A DNA stretch of 63,460 nt, filler included, from Reticulomyxa filosa (lineage: Eukaryota > Protista > Foraminifera): the NCBI GenBank assembly GCA_000512085.1. It is 18 parts of 18 records of this genome, joined end to end, with 100 filler letters (N's around TTAATTAATTAA, not from the genome) between each part and the next. Parts side by side here need not be neighbours in the genome. Positions count along the whole stretch, not along the records: positions 30,754 to 50,187 come from ASPP01023458.1; 17 more parts are not named here. One strand, 5' to 3'. Both the position numbers and the translations under genes were made by a program. A model generated the notes under the pieces. It had not been told where the DNA came from. It saw only the letters and a list, made by a program, of their open reading frames with translations, and made no database searches. Each line of letters starts with the position of its first letter. Position 1 is the stretch's first letter. This document shows, piece by piece, positions 34,754 to 47,200 of the stretch.

Positions 34754-37700
34754 GATAATAATAATGATAATAATAATGATAATAATAATGATAATGATAA
34801 TGACAACGATAATGGCAATGATAATGACGAAAGGAGAAATAATCACAATTGGAATTCTTATGCCAGCACCTTGACTCGTGAAAATTTACTTTTGCATAAC
34901 AAATTGATGAATTTGGAAAAGCATAGTTATGATGTGATTGGTTATTTGCAAACGCAGCAATCGTTATCGAACAAGAGCAAAAAAAGAAAAAGCCAAGCAG
35001 TGGCAAACACAAGAAGCATTCGAACACACAACAAGTATCGGAAGTGAGCACTCTTCCCCCGACTGTTGTTGACAGTAGCACAAACGTGAAACAGCCACGC
35101 ACAGGAGATGTAAGCAACCATGCAAAAGAGAAGAAAATTAGAAAAGATAAACTGCGCATCGATGTGAATGCAGCCACCTTTCAAAAACCCGTGGGAAGAA
35201 TCAAGAGTCCGCAGACCATGGAGGTATTGAATGTAAAGCGCTCTCGTCACAACCATCGCAGAAGTAGCTACTCTTCCAACGTTGTCGTCGCAACGACGAA
35301 AAACAAAGACCGCAAACAGCTCAAAGCACGTATAAAAAAAGCGAAAAAGGATCAACTTCATTCGTGGTCCTCGCAATCTGACAATTCCTCACAGCCAAGA
35401 TCTCCGCTCAGGTTACATCATCTCCTAAAGATTCGCTATCCCGAACACGGTGCTATGCACACTACCGACAATAAACGTATGACCGACCGCGTCATCCATG
35501 ATCGCACGGCAATGTTATATATTTTTGTTTGTTGATTTATTTATTTCAATTGATTAATGCATGATCTACTATTTCATCTGATTGAGTCATATGATCACAA
35601 CTGATCACACAAATTAGGATGGAGAACATGAGCAATGACGCCGTTTGCAGCTCCAACACTGCACCAATGACAAACCTAACATCGGACTATCGAGACCCTT
35701 GGAATTTGCATCCAGAAAAACAAGAGGATTATCATGAACGCCAATCCAAATCCTCGCAGACCGTGGTTACAGCAAAACATGGAGTCCACGAAACGGTTGT
35801 GACTCCAGTCAAATCGGGGTTCATTTCAGATTTTGATTATAATTCTCTGACACAAAGCCAAAGCAGAAGTAAAAGCAAAAGTAAGAGTAAAAGTAAAAGT
35901 AAAAGCAAAAGCAAAAATAAGTCGAAAAATAAAAATATAAGCAAGAACAAGCCCAACAAGAAATCCAACTCTGTGCGATCGCATTCCAATTCGCAATCCA
36001 AACAAAAAAAGAACATAGCAGTGACAACTGGCAGTATGAATAACAACAACAATAACAATAATAATAATAACAATAACAACATAACGAATAATGCAAATAG
36101 TGAAAGAGAACAGGAACTCAGTGTTGCCAGCAAAAAGGAACACAGCGAGACAGAAACCATTGCATTGATCGACGAACTCGAGTCTACCCCTCCACCTCAA
36201 AAGACGCGTCTGGTGTCCCCACGTCATCGCAAGAAAACAACATTTTACGAGCATCCCGCAAAGAACGGGCATTCTTACCACATGCAACTGATTTCTGTCA
36301 AAATTTATGAAAAAAACCAGAGACTCTTTGCGGTTTAGTGTTTTGTTTTATCTTGTCTTGTCTTGTGTTGTATTGCATTGGAAAGGGCCATACCACAATT
36401 ACGACAATCGACATGTCTTGTTTGTGAATAATACACACAGTTTCTGCATGAAATCTTGTCCGCGAATGTGTGGTTCAAGCAGTTCAATCGCAAAATGATT
36501 GACAAAATCGTGAATTCAATGTACTGCATTGACATTGACAAAGGAGAGCTGTTGATGAGCAAAGGAACAGTGAACAAGGCATTTTTTGTGGTGGAAAAGG
36601 GCCACTTTCGCGGCAAGTTTGACGACAACGAAGTGAAAGCAGCAGAGCCATACTTGTTAAAAAAAATATCAGAGGACGAATTTTACAAGGGCGGAGATAT
36701 GATTGGGGAAAATGTCTTGGTACATGGATTCGATTTTACATGTTCGGTCGAGGCGCTCGAAGCCAGTCGCGTCTGGGCGTTAGATGTCGACACGTATCAA
36801 CAGATCAAAAAACCACGAACGGAAAGGCTGCGGATGTTGCAATTCATTACGCCGTTCAAGGAATGCACCAACGAGGAATTGCTCATGATCTGTGATCACT
36901 TGCGTTCCTTCAACTATTTCAATCGCGACAAAATGGCCACCGAAGGCGAAAGCGTCGTCTTTTTCCAAATCATCGTGAACGGACATGCCGAAGGACGCAA
37001 GTATGATTCCAAAAATGCAAGGACGTGCTCCTGAAGAAGTTTGTCGGAACAAAGGTGGCGCCGAGTTATTTTGGCAATGAAGAGATATTGAACAACCAAC
37101 CACAAGGACTCACAATCAAAGTGACTTCCAAAACGTTGAAATGTTATGCGTTGCCTGCAAATTTGTTTCGCAAGATTGTGGGTAAATCAGGCCAATCCTC
37201 CGATCCGCAACAAGCCGCTAAATCTGCTGCGCTCCATGATAATGGTGAGGATAACAAAACAGAGCTTAGTGTCGGTTGGAAAGACGAAGAAGGGAGCCGT
37301 GGGACACAGGAGTTCTCCAGGGATGACTACTCGACCACTACGGCCACTATCTCGGCCACTGTTGCTACTGATATCACTCATACGAAATTTATCAATCAAG
37401 TCAAATGCACTTTGAAAGATTTGAAACACATTGGCGTCTTAGGCATTGGCGCATTTGGCACTGTGTCTTTGGTGGAAGATACCAGCACTGGGGTCACGTA
37501 TTCGCTTAAGAAAATTCGCAAGAACAAAGTTGTTGACACTGGCCAAGGAAAACATGTTCAAAATGAAAGGCGGATATTGGCGCGTCTCGATAGCGATTTT
37601 TGTGTTCGCTTGTATGCCACGTTTCAGGATACTCTTCATGTCTACTTATTGATGGAACCCATCCTCGGCGGAGAGATTTTCTATTTGCTGCGCTTCAACA

Positions 37701-38494
37701 AACAATTCAAAGAGCCTGTCGCTCGCTTTTATGCCAGTTGTGTTGTCTGTGCTTTCGAACACATTCATAGCAAAAATTTGATTTTCCGAGACTTAAAACC
37801 TGAAAATTTATTGTTGGCTGCTAATGGATATTGTAAATTGGTTGATTTTGGTTTTGCAAAACAAAAAAACGAGTACGTCCATATGTAGCTTTTTTTTTAT
37901 AATTTGTTCTTATTTTTATTTGCTTTGTTTGTTAAAAAGTTCGTGCTCTTTGTGCGGAACTGCGGAATACTTACCTCCAGAGACAATTCAATCATTACGA
38001 CAAGATTCAACTGTCGATTGGTGGGCTCTTGGTGTATTCATTTATGAAATGCTATTTGGAATGCCGCCCTTTCAGGAGGACGCCCACATAAAAATGTATG
38101 AGAAAATTTTGACCTCGTCAGTCGAGTTTCCAAAACGATCAAAAGTGTCCGTCGAAGCACGAGACATTGTTACGTGTCTTTTGAAAAAACAACCTCACAA
38201 ACGACTTGGAAGTGGTGAGCAAGGAAGCAAAGATGTAAAAAGACATATTTGGTTTCAAGTTAATCTTTTTTTTTCCCCTGTTCCTGTTCGTCCCTCTCAC
38301 ACTTTTTGACATGTGAACTGTAGAATGTCAACTGGAAAAAGATGCAATCACAACAGCTGCTTGCTCCATACATTCCACGGATCCAAAACAACAAAGACAC
38401 CCGAAATTTTGAACATTTTCAGGTTGAAGAGGTTCAAGAATCATTACTAGATGATCCGACAGGCGAGATCTATCGATGGTGTGAAGATTTTTGA
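31877..38494 (+). CDS. cGMP-dependent protein kinase-like AGC kinase with a very long low-complexity N-terminus (about 7 exons, ~2000 aa)
   Basis: Phase-compatible GT-AG introns join ORFs 31929, 32488, 32819, 35044, 35619, 36456, 37025 and 37824. Two cNMP-binding folds precede the kinase: LGIGAFGTV, SLKK, EPILGGE, FRDLKPEN, DFG, SLCGTAEYLPPE, DWWALG, KRLG, ending WCEDF*. Three 1-nt frameshifts (~31902, ~34982, ~37016). Confidence 0.88.
33675..33790 (+). repeat. Coding hexamer microsatellite (ATGCAA/ATGCCA), encoding MQ/MP dipeptides
   Basis: Direct reading of the sequence; PMQMQMQMQMPMSMPMQ in ORF 32819. Confidence 0.95.
34676..34830 (+). repeat. Coding (GAT/AAT)n microsatellite, encoding an N/D tract
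   Basis: gataataataat repeats; DNDNNNDNNN in ORF 32819. Confidence 0.95.
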
Positions 38495-40115
38495 ACACAA
38501 AAAAAATTGCAAATAAACCGCCAATCATTTTAATCGATGGTAGGTGATTCTTGTTCTTTTGGCATGCTTATTATTCTTGACTGTATGATAGTTCTTAAAA
38601 AACTTGTTACTGTTCCTATTTCCCTCAGCCTATCTCTTTTTCTTTGTTTATTTTTATTTAATTTTTTTATTTTATTTTGTTTAAGTTCGTTTTTTCCCCT
38701 GTTGTTGTAACCTCGTGTTGCTTTGTTTTGTTTTCCTTGTCATTTTGCTTCTAGCAGGCTGTTGTTGTCAGTTTACTTTTTGCTCTGTTATTTTTTTCCC
38801 CTTTTTTTTGAACATTTCTGACGACTAACGAATAAACAAAGAGGGACGTAAAAATGATGTTTTTTCACTCTTTTTTTTATCTTTCCTTTCTCTTGTGTTT
38901 TGTCTTTCCATTATCGGTTTATAATTTGTTTTGAGTTTTCTTGCCTTGTTATTTGATTCGTTTATCCAGGAACCACAGAGCTACAACTACTGTTCGTGTG
39001 GATGTTGTTTTTTCTTTGTGTGTCTATCTTATTGTTTTTCTATTTCTGGGTTCTTTTTTTTTTCCTCCCTTTTTTGGTGTGGCGAAAGTATTTTTGTTTG
39101 CTGTTTTTTCTTTTTTTTCTTTTTTGAGAGCATAAACCACTACAAAAAGAAAAAGACTAAGTGTATGCTGCATCGCATTAAACTTTTTTGCCTTTTTAAA
39201 AATCTGTCCAATTTACAAGACAAAGTTTTCACTTCATTTTCGAAAAGATGATCCACAACGAGGAAGAGAAAAACAAAAACATTTTTTTGTTAATTTTGTA
39301 AAACTGATTGGGAAATAACAAAGCATCAATTCAAAATTTTTTAGAATGGGCCAATAAAAACTTGGCTCTAAAAAAGTTAATGATAAAAAAATGTATACCA
39401 TAACATAAAAAAATTAATTTTGTACTTTGCTTTTACAGGAGAGGAAAACATGACAGTTGTGTCATCTCCTTATTTTCGTGTCGTTACTGTCCTGGTTGCT
39501 CTAGAGAATTAACACAAATGAAATTGAAATGATGAGAAATAAAGCAAGGAGCGGGACAGCTCGATACGAGTTTAAAAAGAAAAACCTGGTGTTTTTTAAC
39601 GCCATCAATTTGAATTTCTTTTCTTGGTCAAGAATTATCATTTTATTGATGTTAATGAAAAAGATGTTATCAAAAATTTTGTTATCGGATGAATATTCAA
39701 TGTACATTTACCGATATAACGTAATTTACTAAAATTATGTTCCAAAAAGATGTAATTTGTTTCGTGTGAACTAATGTAATAGCCAATCTTAGTTTCTCTG
39801 GAATTGTCACCTGTTGTAGTTTATTATTCATTGCAAAGTTAGATGAAATAATAGATATTGGCAGTTATTGATCAATTTGTCCTGGTCAGTCTAAACAAAA
39901 AAGGTGCATACGGTTTTTAGTACTATTTCTCTCTTTGAAATGCAAATTGGATTTTAAAGCTGAGATGAAAGCTCAGAACAAATTGCAGTAAAATTGACAA
40001 GTGTGGTGATAATCGAAGTTGTAAAGTATTCGTACAACCGATAATTACCTCTTAATACAAGTCTTTTTTGTAAACAAACAAAAAATATCACAACAAATCG
40101 ATACCGCTTTGCATC

Positions 40116-42202
40116 CTACAATTTCGCTTGTCTTGTGGCCAAATCAATCATTATTTCTTCTGATCCACTTTTTTATCAAAAAACAAAATAAGGACTGGTT
40201 TCAACGTGACAAAAAAAACAAGGAAAGAGACATACCCATAAACTGCCAAAGCACTGACATCTCTATAGATTCTTTCAACCTTGGCTGCTCGTCCACCTCG
40301 GATATAGGCTCTGCCACCAAATATTTGGCGAGCTTCTCTTGCACAATACTCGACACATTGAGTAGCTTGAACTTTAAGTAAGCTTAAATCTTTAATTAGT
40401 GTACTGTCAACCTTTCCAACTGGTGACAAATTCATTCGATATGCACACCATTCCATGAGACAATGCGCAGCTAATACTTGGCGAGACATATTCATAATTT
40501 TGTGCCGAATCACTTGATGTTGGATCAAGTAGCGATCTTTTTATGTTGTCAACGTTTTTTATTTTATGTGTACTGCTTTGTCCTTAATTGAACCCAATAA
40601 AGTGTGGCTTTTGAAAAAGTAACAACGTACCAAATGTCTTTCTTGTTCGAGCATATGTGAGTGCTTCGTCCACACATACCCTCGCCAACGTAATTGCGGA
40701 CGTAATAATACCAAACCTCTCGTTGTTAAAATTGTACATTATCGGAAGGAATCCTATTTGTCAATCCACCCCTCCTCTCTTCCAATTTCTCACACAGTGC
40801 AACAATTAAGCAAAACAATTTTACCTTGGTTCTCCGTGCCGATGATGTTGGCTTTTGGTACGCGGGCATTTTTGAAAATAATATAGGCAGTTGCTGATGT
40901 GCCATGTCCTTGTAACGGTAAACGCGTGGTGGTCACACCAGGGCCGCGTTCAATGAGCAACAAAGAAATGCCAAATATGCCTGGACCTCCTGTTCTCACA
41001 GCCTTTTTTTTAAAAAAAGTCATTTCCGACCATTGATATCACAGAAAAGTCCAATTTTTCTTTTTTTTTTGCATCACTCAACTGTCACGAACATGTCGCT
41101 TTTTGTTCCTCCTATTTAAATTACAACATACGCATAACATAAACTATAAGTACTTATTTTATTGCTTGTGGATTGTTCTAAAAGATAAAAAAATTTCATT
41201 TACCTGTAATCCAATATTTCTCACCATTGACTAAATTATAAAAATATACACAACAAACAACAAAACGATAGCTATTTCATGCCTTTTCAAAAAGTCAATT
41301 AAAAGTAACCTAAGTAATAATTCGGGTCGTCTGGGTCAGTCTTCGCAGTTGTTGTGATATTTCTCACATCAGAGCCGACTGTTGGCTCGCTGATTGCCAA
41401 GCAAATGAATTTTTCTGCTCGAATGCATGGTTTCATCATCTCCCTGATTGGATTGTATGATCATCCAAGGCAATATTTTGATTCTTTTCAAGACTAAGCC
41501 ATACCAAACAAAAAAATTGAAGACATGAAGAAACTAACCTTAAACGTTGATTTCCAAATAAAATAGCAGGACCAGCGCAAATATAATGAATCCAACCAGC
41601 ACCCAAAAGACCAGGACTAGCGGCACGACACAATTCTTCGTGCATTATAATCTACCCCACACATGAAGCGGCCATATGTCGGATTGATACAAAAAAAAAA
41701 TGTATTCGTGTATTTTTCAGTAAAAAGAAAGAAATTCGAAACGGTCATAAAAGCATCTCCTCGATGCTCTCTTCCGCCTTTCAAAACCGCGTTTTCTGCT
41801 TCTTCTTCTTCTTTTGTTTGTTCAAATGGCGTTCCTCCTAGTGACTTTGGATAAAATGCTTTGTTGAAATAAGGCGTATATCAAACAAATACAAACACAA
41901 CTGGTTCAATATGCTCCAAAGGGTCCTATTTCCGAGTGGCACAGACAAAATACAACACATGATAAACTGGCATAGATTCCATAGTTGTAAGCTTTCTTGT
42001 AAAAGTCAAATGGAACATCTTGGTCTGCTTCCCATTTATCGATGTAAGGCATTATTTCTTTGTTTACGAAGGTTCGCACGTACTGACGAAAGTTTTTGTG
42101 ACGAGTATTATAATATGGAGAAGGCTGATCTTCCCAATTGCAAGCAAGCAATGGAGCATTGGGATTGGGAACATTTGCTTTTTTTTCTTTTTTTCCGCTC
42201 AT
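40116..42202 (-). CDS. Acyl-CoA dehydrogenase, peroxisomal (C-terminal AKL), many introns
   Basis: SPYYNTRHKNFRQYVRTFV, FICLAISEPTVGSDV, NGEKYWITGG, GISLLLIER, NFNNERFG, RKTFG..IQHQVIRHK, AREARQIFGGRAYIRGG..VERIYRDV..YGGSEEIMIDLATRQAKL*. Confidence 0.93.
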
Positions 42203-42428
42203 TTCTTTCACTGAGAATTATCGAGTTTACTTTGGAAAGTACAAACAATAAAAATGCTTTTATTTGTCCTCTCTGTTGTTATTTCTTATATGTAGTTACC
42301 ATTATTTTTGTCAAAAAAAGATGATCTACACAATTGTAATAAGTCGGAGTGCTGAAAAAAAAATAAAAAAGTTAAAACATTTTAAAATATAAGTCTTTTT
42401 TCAACAACAAATAAACCATACATAAAAA

Positions 42429-43027
42429 TTAAACAAATGTGTTCTTCTCTTTTTCGAGTAATTGCTTGATTTTCTTTTCCAGAGCAACAGGACTTGGGAC
42501 AACCAATGCATCTACGAATTTTCCATTCTTTATAAATTCATATGCCTGTCAGTTTGTATTGCAAATGGATTTTTCAAATTTTGCAATTATTATTTATTTT
42601 CTCAATTCTGAATTTAGTTAAATGAATATCATTGTCTTGTTTTTGTCACAGATAAGTCACCGGTAATGCATTGATTCCGCGTTTCAACGCAAACGTAGCC
42701 ATAGTGTCACAATCAATTACATAAAATAGCGCCTTTCCAGTATATTCTTCAGACAACCGCTCAAATATTGGTTCCATACTACTCGTTGTTTTGAAATTGA
42801 AAGAAATATAGAGGATGAAATATGAAAATGTACAAAAAATGATAGAACTGTTTTGAAAAACTGCACCACCCTGTCTTATAACCGACAATCACCAAGCAAT
42901 CGTTATTTTTTGTAGCGTTGTAAAATTCTGTTTTTTTTGCGATTTGACGAACTCCAAACATTCTTTTATGCACCAATTGTCCAATAATGGGCTTTTTTAC
43001 TCCTCTCAAAAATAGAGTTTGAAACAT
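42429..43027 (-). CDS. Atypical thioredoxin (WCSFS), probable mitochondrial presequence; 3 exons
   Basis: Spliced reading: MFQTLFLRGVKK..HKRMFGVRQI..LVIVGYKTGWCSFSKHMEPIFERLSEEYTGKALFYVIDCD..GINALPAYEFIKNGKFVDAL..LEKKIKQLL. Thioredoxin fold with the cis-Pro motif. Confidence 0.88.
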
Positions 43028-44215
43028 AATTGGTCTATTGCAATAGGCACCGAAGGAACCCAAACTTTTTTAGGCTACAAAAAAAACAAAGAAAAGTAGA
43101 CTGATACATTACAAACTTTATCAAATTTCTTCGTGAAAAAAGACGTTTCTTTTAAATTCTTATAAATGCAATCTGTTTTTTTATTGATTTAATTGTAGCT
43201 ATTTTAAAAAGTTTATTAATTGAATGTACCCCGATGAACCACAAGATTTCAAGTAGATTTGCAACTTTCTAACTAAAATTATAATCTTCTATCAACTAAC
43301 TTTCTTTATTGTGCTCAATCATTTTATTTTTTCCTTTAATTTCTTGTTTTTTTAAACATTGGCAAAAGGATAAGATCTTTGGTATCGCACTTACCCTCGA
43401 ATACCATGTATTACAATGTCACAATTACCGAAAACAAACCAAATTCACAAAGAAAAAATAAAATGAAGGTAAGTCTAAATTTTTATTTTTAAGACATTGA
43501 GCACTTGGAAAACTCAAAAATCAACGTAACAATAGTTAAACTTATACAATCGAGCGTGTACAGAAAAAGTAACAAAGAAACAAAAAATCTGGAAACAGAC
43601 CTTTTTGACACAAAATAATGGAAAATTTTATTTTAAAAGAAATAAAGGACATAAGATTCCAAAAGTACAAAAATAATGCATTAACAAAAGCAGCTATAAA
43701 AAGTATGTTAAGGAAAATTTAATTAACTTATAATATCGTAAATATTAATAAATGAGATTAAACAATGCACGTACAGCTATGAGTTTTGCTCTGACAAGTC
43801 TTTAAGAGCAGAAATAGAACTTGAGAAATCTTAAACACGAGTAGCTTTTGTTGAGAAGACGGTTAGGTCAAGTCAAGAATTTTCAAGGGTTCTCAAAGCA
43901 ATAGAGGCTATTGATATACCTTTCATTGGGCATCTAGGCAAAAATGTCGCAAGACTTTCAACTCTCAGTTTTAATATTATTTATAATATTCTTGTTGTCT
44001 ATATTTTTTTTCTGTTAATATCCAAAATATGTTAACTGTGACGAATAGGACGAAACTGAACAAGAGTTATTGAAATTGTCAGACTCGAATCAAAGTTTAA
44101 TTTTTGTGTGTTTGGGAGTATGCTATTGTATTTTGAGGACAAATTGTCGAGCTTTTTTAGTGTTTAAGAAAAATGGGGGATCACAACAAACAAAATAGAC
44201 GAGTTTGAAAAAAGA

Positions 44216-47200
44216 ATGGCCGAAATTTGCAAAGCAGTATAGGGTTTTGATTTTATTTTTAGTTGCATATGGATAAATGCGATCTAAAAACAATAGTAAA
44301 CAACAAAAAAAACAAAAAGCTATGGAATAATTGGAAGCAGACGAAAGAAAATCGAGCAGATATGACATCAGAGCAAGAAAGTGATAAAAAATTGGATTTG
44401 GAAATATTTGGGAGCATATTTAATAAAGTACTGACAACAAAGTTGGTAGAAAAAATATTTGCACGCATTGACGAAGACAGAGATGGTAAAATCACAATGA
44501 GATCTTTCCATCGATTCATGGAGCAACAACTTCCTTATGACGCTCACTCTCTGGTAAATCAATATCTCTCTATTCATATCAAATGGACCATCACATTTTT
44601 CCTGCAAAAGGGGAGGGTAGGAGGTTAAGGGAGGAATAATATGCAAAAAAAAAGTTTTTTTTTGGGGTAAAAGCTGGGCAATAGAGCCCAAAGCATTGAC
44701 GCACTTTTGCAATATATTTTTTAAAAAATTAGACAAAGGGGGGTGACCAAAAAAAAAAAAAAAAGGCTCAAAAGAACTTGCCATCATTAATATTGTCACA
44801 AAATTTGAGTAAGAAAAAAAATTGAACACAACAATGAAAATAAAAAAGAATGAAACAGATCAACTGGCAGCAGGGGAACATCACAAACGCCATAGCACCG
44901 CAATAAAGAAAATCGAATTTGCATTGGCCGATGAAACATTTGAGCGCCTTCAAGTCGAAGAAGAAAAAAAGAAACTGCAGTATCAATTAGCAGAAGAAAC
45001 ACTCGAAAAGATTAACAAAATGGATGAATCCAAAAAATTGCAATATGAACTGGCTGAGGAACGATTGGAAAAGTTACAAAAAGAGGAACAAACAAAATGC
45101 TTGCAGTACCAATTGGCGGAGGAAAGACTTGACAAGTTTGATAAAGAGTGGGAAAACAAACGTGTCCAATATGAGTTAGCCGATGAAAAATTCCAAAGAA
45201 TGCAATTAGCTACTGAAAAAGATAAAGTGCGTGTGTATATGCAAACACAGTTTAATCTGCAAAGTTTTTGTTTTGTTTGTTTTTTTTTCTCTATCTTACT
45301 TGTTCTTTCATTTGGGACAAAAAAAAACGTTGTCGGGTTTGGGCCATTTGTGTGAGTACACTACCAGTTAAAAGAAGAATTAGACAAATTGCGACGTGAA
45401 TTAGAAAATGAAAAACTCCAGGTTGCAGAAGCAAACCGCAAACTGTCAATGGTTGTTGATTCAACTCCATTGTCCAATGCTTCCAGAGATTCACAAGAAC
45501 TTGATGAATTGAAAGAACAACTCAAGCGAGTAGAATACCAATTGGCCGATGAAAAGATGGAAAAAATTGAATTGCAAAGAAAGAATTCTCAAGTTTCTTT
45601 TTTAATATTTCGATTTATTTATTTTTTTAGGGAAGAGTGAAAGAACCCTTACACATTTTTTTTGTAAACACAAGCTGGAAGAAGACTCAAAGAGATTGCA
45701 ATACAATTTGGCAGACGAAAAAATGGAAAACCTTCAATTAGTGAGACGAATGTCAACAAGCCAAAGTCCTGACCCATCCTTGCACGAAGCATTGGAACGA
45801 GAAAGACATTCAGTTTTGTCATTTATGTTTCTTTTTTTTTTTTTGATATAATTTGGCGTATTTACTATATTTTGATGTTCTTCTGTTTCCATTTTTATTT
45901 GGAATGCCAATCTTGTGATCAGTTTCAACAAGAAACCGAACGCTTGCTCTCGAAATTGACAGAGGAAAAAGTCAGAACAAAGGAAATAGAAAGGCAAAAC
46001 TCCTCCATTTTAGACGAAAAGAAAAAACTTGAATATCAATTGGCGGACGAACGAATGGAAAAACTGGTCCTTGTGAGACAACTGTCAAAGACTCCTAAAG
46101 TTGTGCGATTCAAATGTTTATTTATTTATTTTTGTGTGAGAATAATATCTTTCGAAGATGCACTTTTCTGTAATCATGTAACATACTCAATCAAATATGA
46201 CGACAGCAATCAGAAGAAATGGAAAAATTAAGCGAAGAGCTGGAACAAGAACGCAACAAACGAAAGGAAGTTGAACAAACAGCACAACAATTACAACGCC
46301 GAGCATCTCAAATGGGTATTGATTTAGTTGAAACAAGTAATGCCCCATTTGATTTCGATTTTGAGTCTTCTCTCGATCAACAAATTCAACAATTACAACA
46401 GGAACTTGCTGAAGAAAAAAAGCGTCGAATTCAACTCGAAATTCAAAAGAATCAAGTTACATTCCTTCTCTATGTGCAATTGCATTGCATTTACTATTCT
46501 AACGCATGTGTGTTGTGTATGGCCTAGTTGCATGACTCGCTACTGGAACAAACAATCAATGCGCAACAATGGGAAGCTAAATGCTTGGCTTTGCAAACCA
46601 AAACTGTTACCAATGTTAATAATGAAGCATCGTCGGGCTCAGAATTTGTTGACAAACAAGACTTTGACCGTCTGCAAAATTTATTCAGTGAAGAAAGATC
46701 CGAAAAGATTCGAATTGTACAAATTTTATCAATTATAACACACATAACTATATATACAAATATATATTACATATATTCACATTACTGTAATCATTGTTAC
46801 TGTCATTATAATACTTAAACGATCTTGCTTGTCTATATATTACAGCAAAGAGAGTCACAAAAATTGCAAGAAGAGTTGCACATTTTGCGAGAGATGGAGC
46901 AGACAGAAGGTGCATTAACCTACGCCCAATTGTTGGAACGGGTGGAAACATTAGAAAAAGAGAATATTCGATTGCGCACAGAACACAGCGAAATGGCAAA
47001 AAGACAAAAGCATTGCAAGACCAGGTGGACTCGGAACGAGAGCGCAGCAGCACATTGACCAAGAGGCTGTCCGTTGCAAACCAAGTGAATGTAAATAAGT
47101 TGCTTCAGTATGCCAACACCGCACCAGCGATTGGACAAGTACCCAATGCACCAGTGTTCCGAAACAAACTCTGGCAACTAACAAATGGAGAAAACGAGTC

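Noticed and set aside
33624-34874. Cys-rich (CKCKC), poly-Ile and His/Tyr-rich ORFs resembling metallothioneins or membrane peptides
   Set aside because: These are alternative-frame or antisense translations of microsatellites inside the kinase gene.
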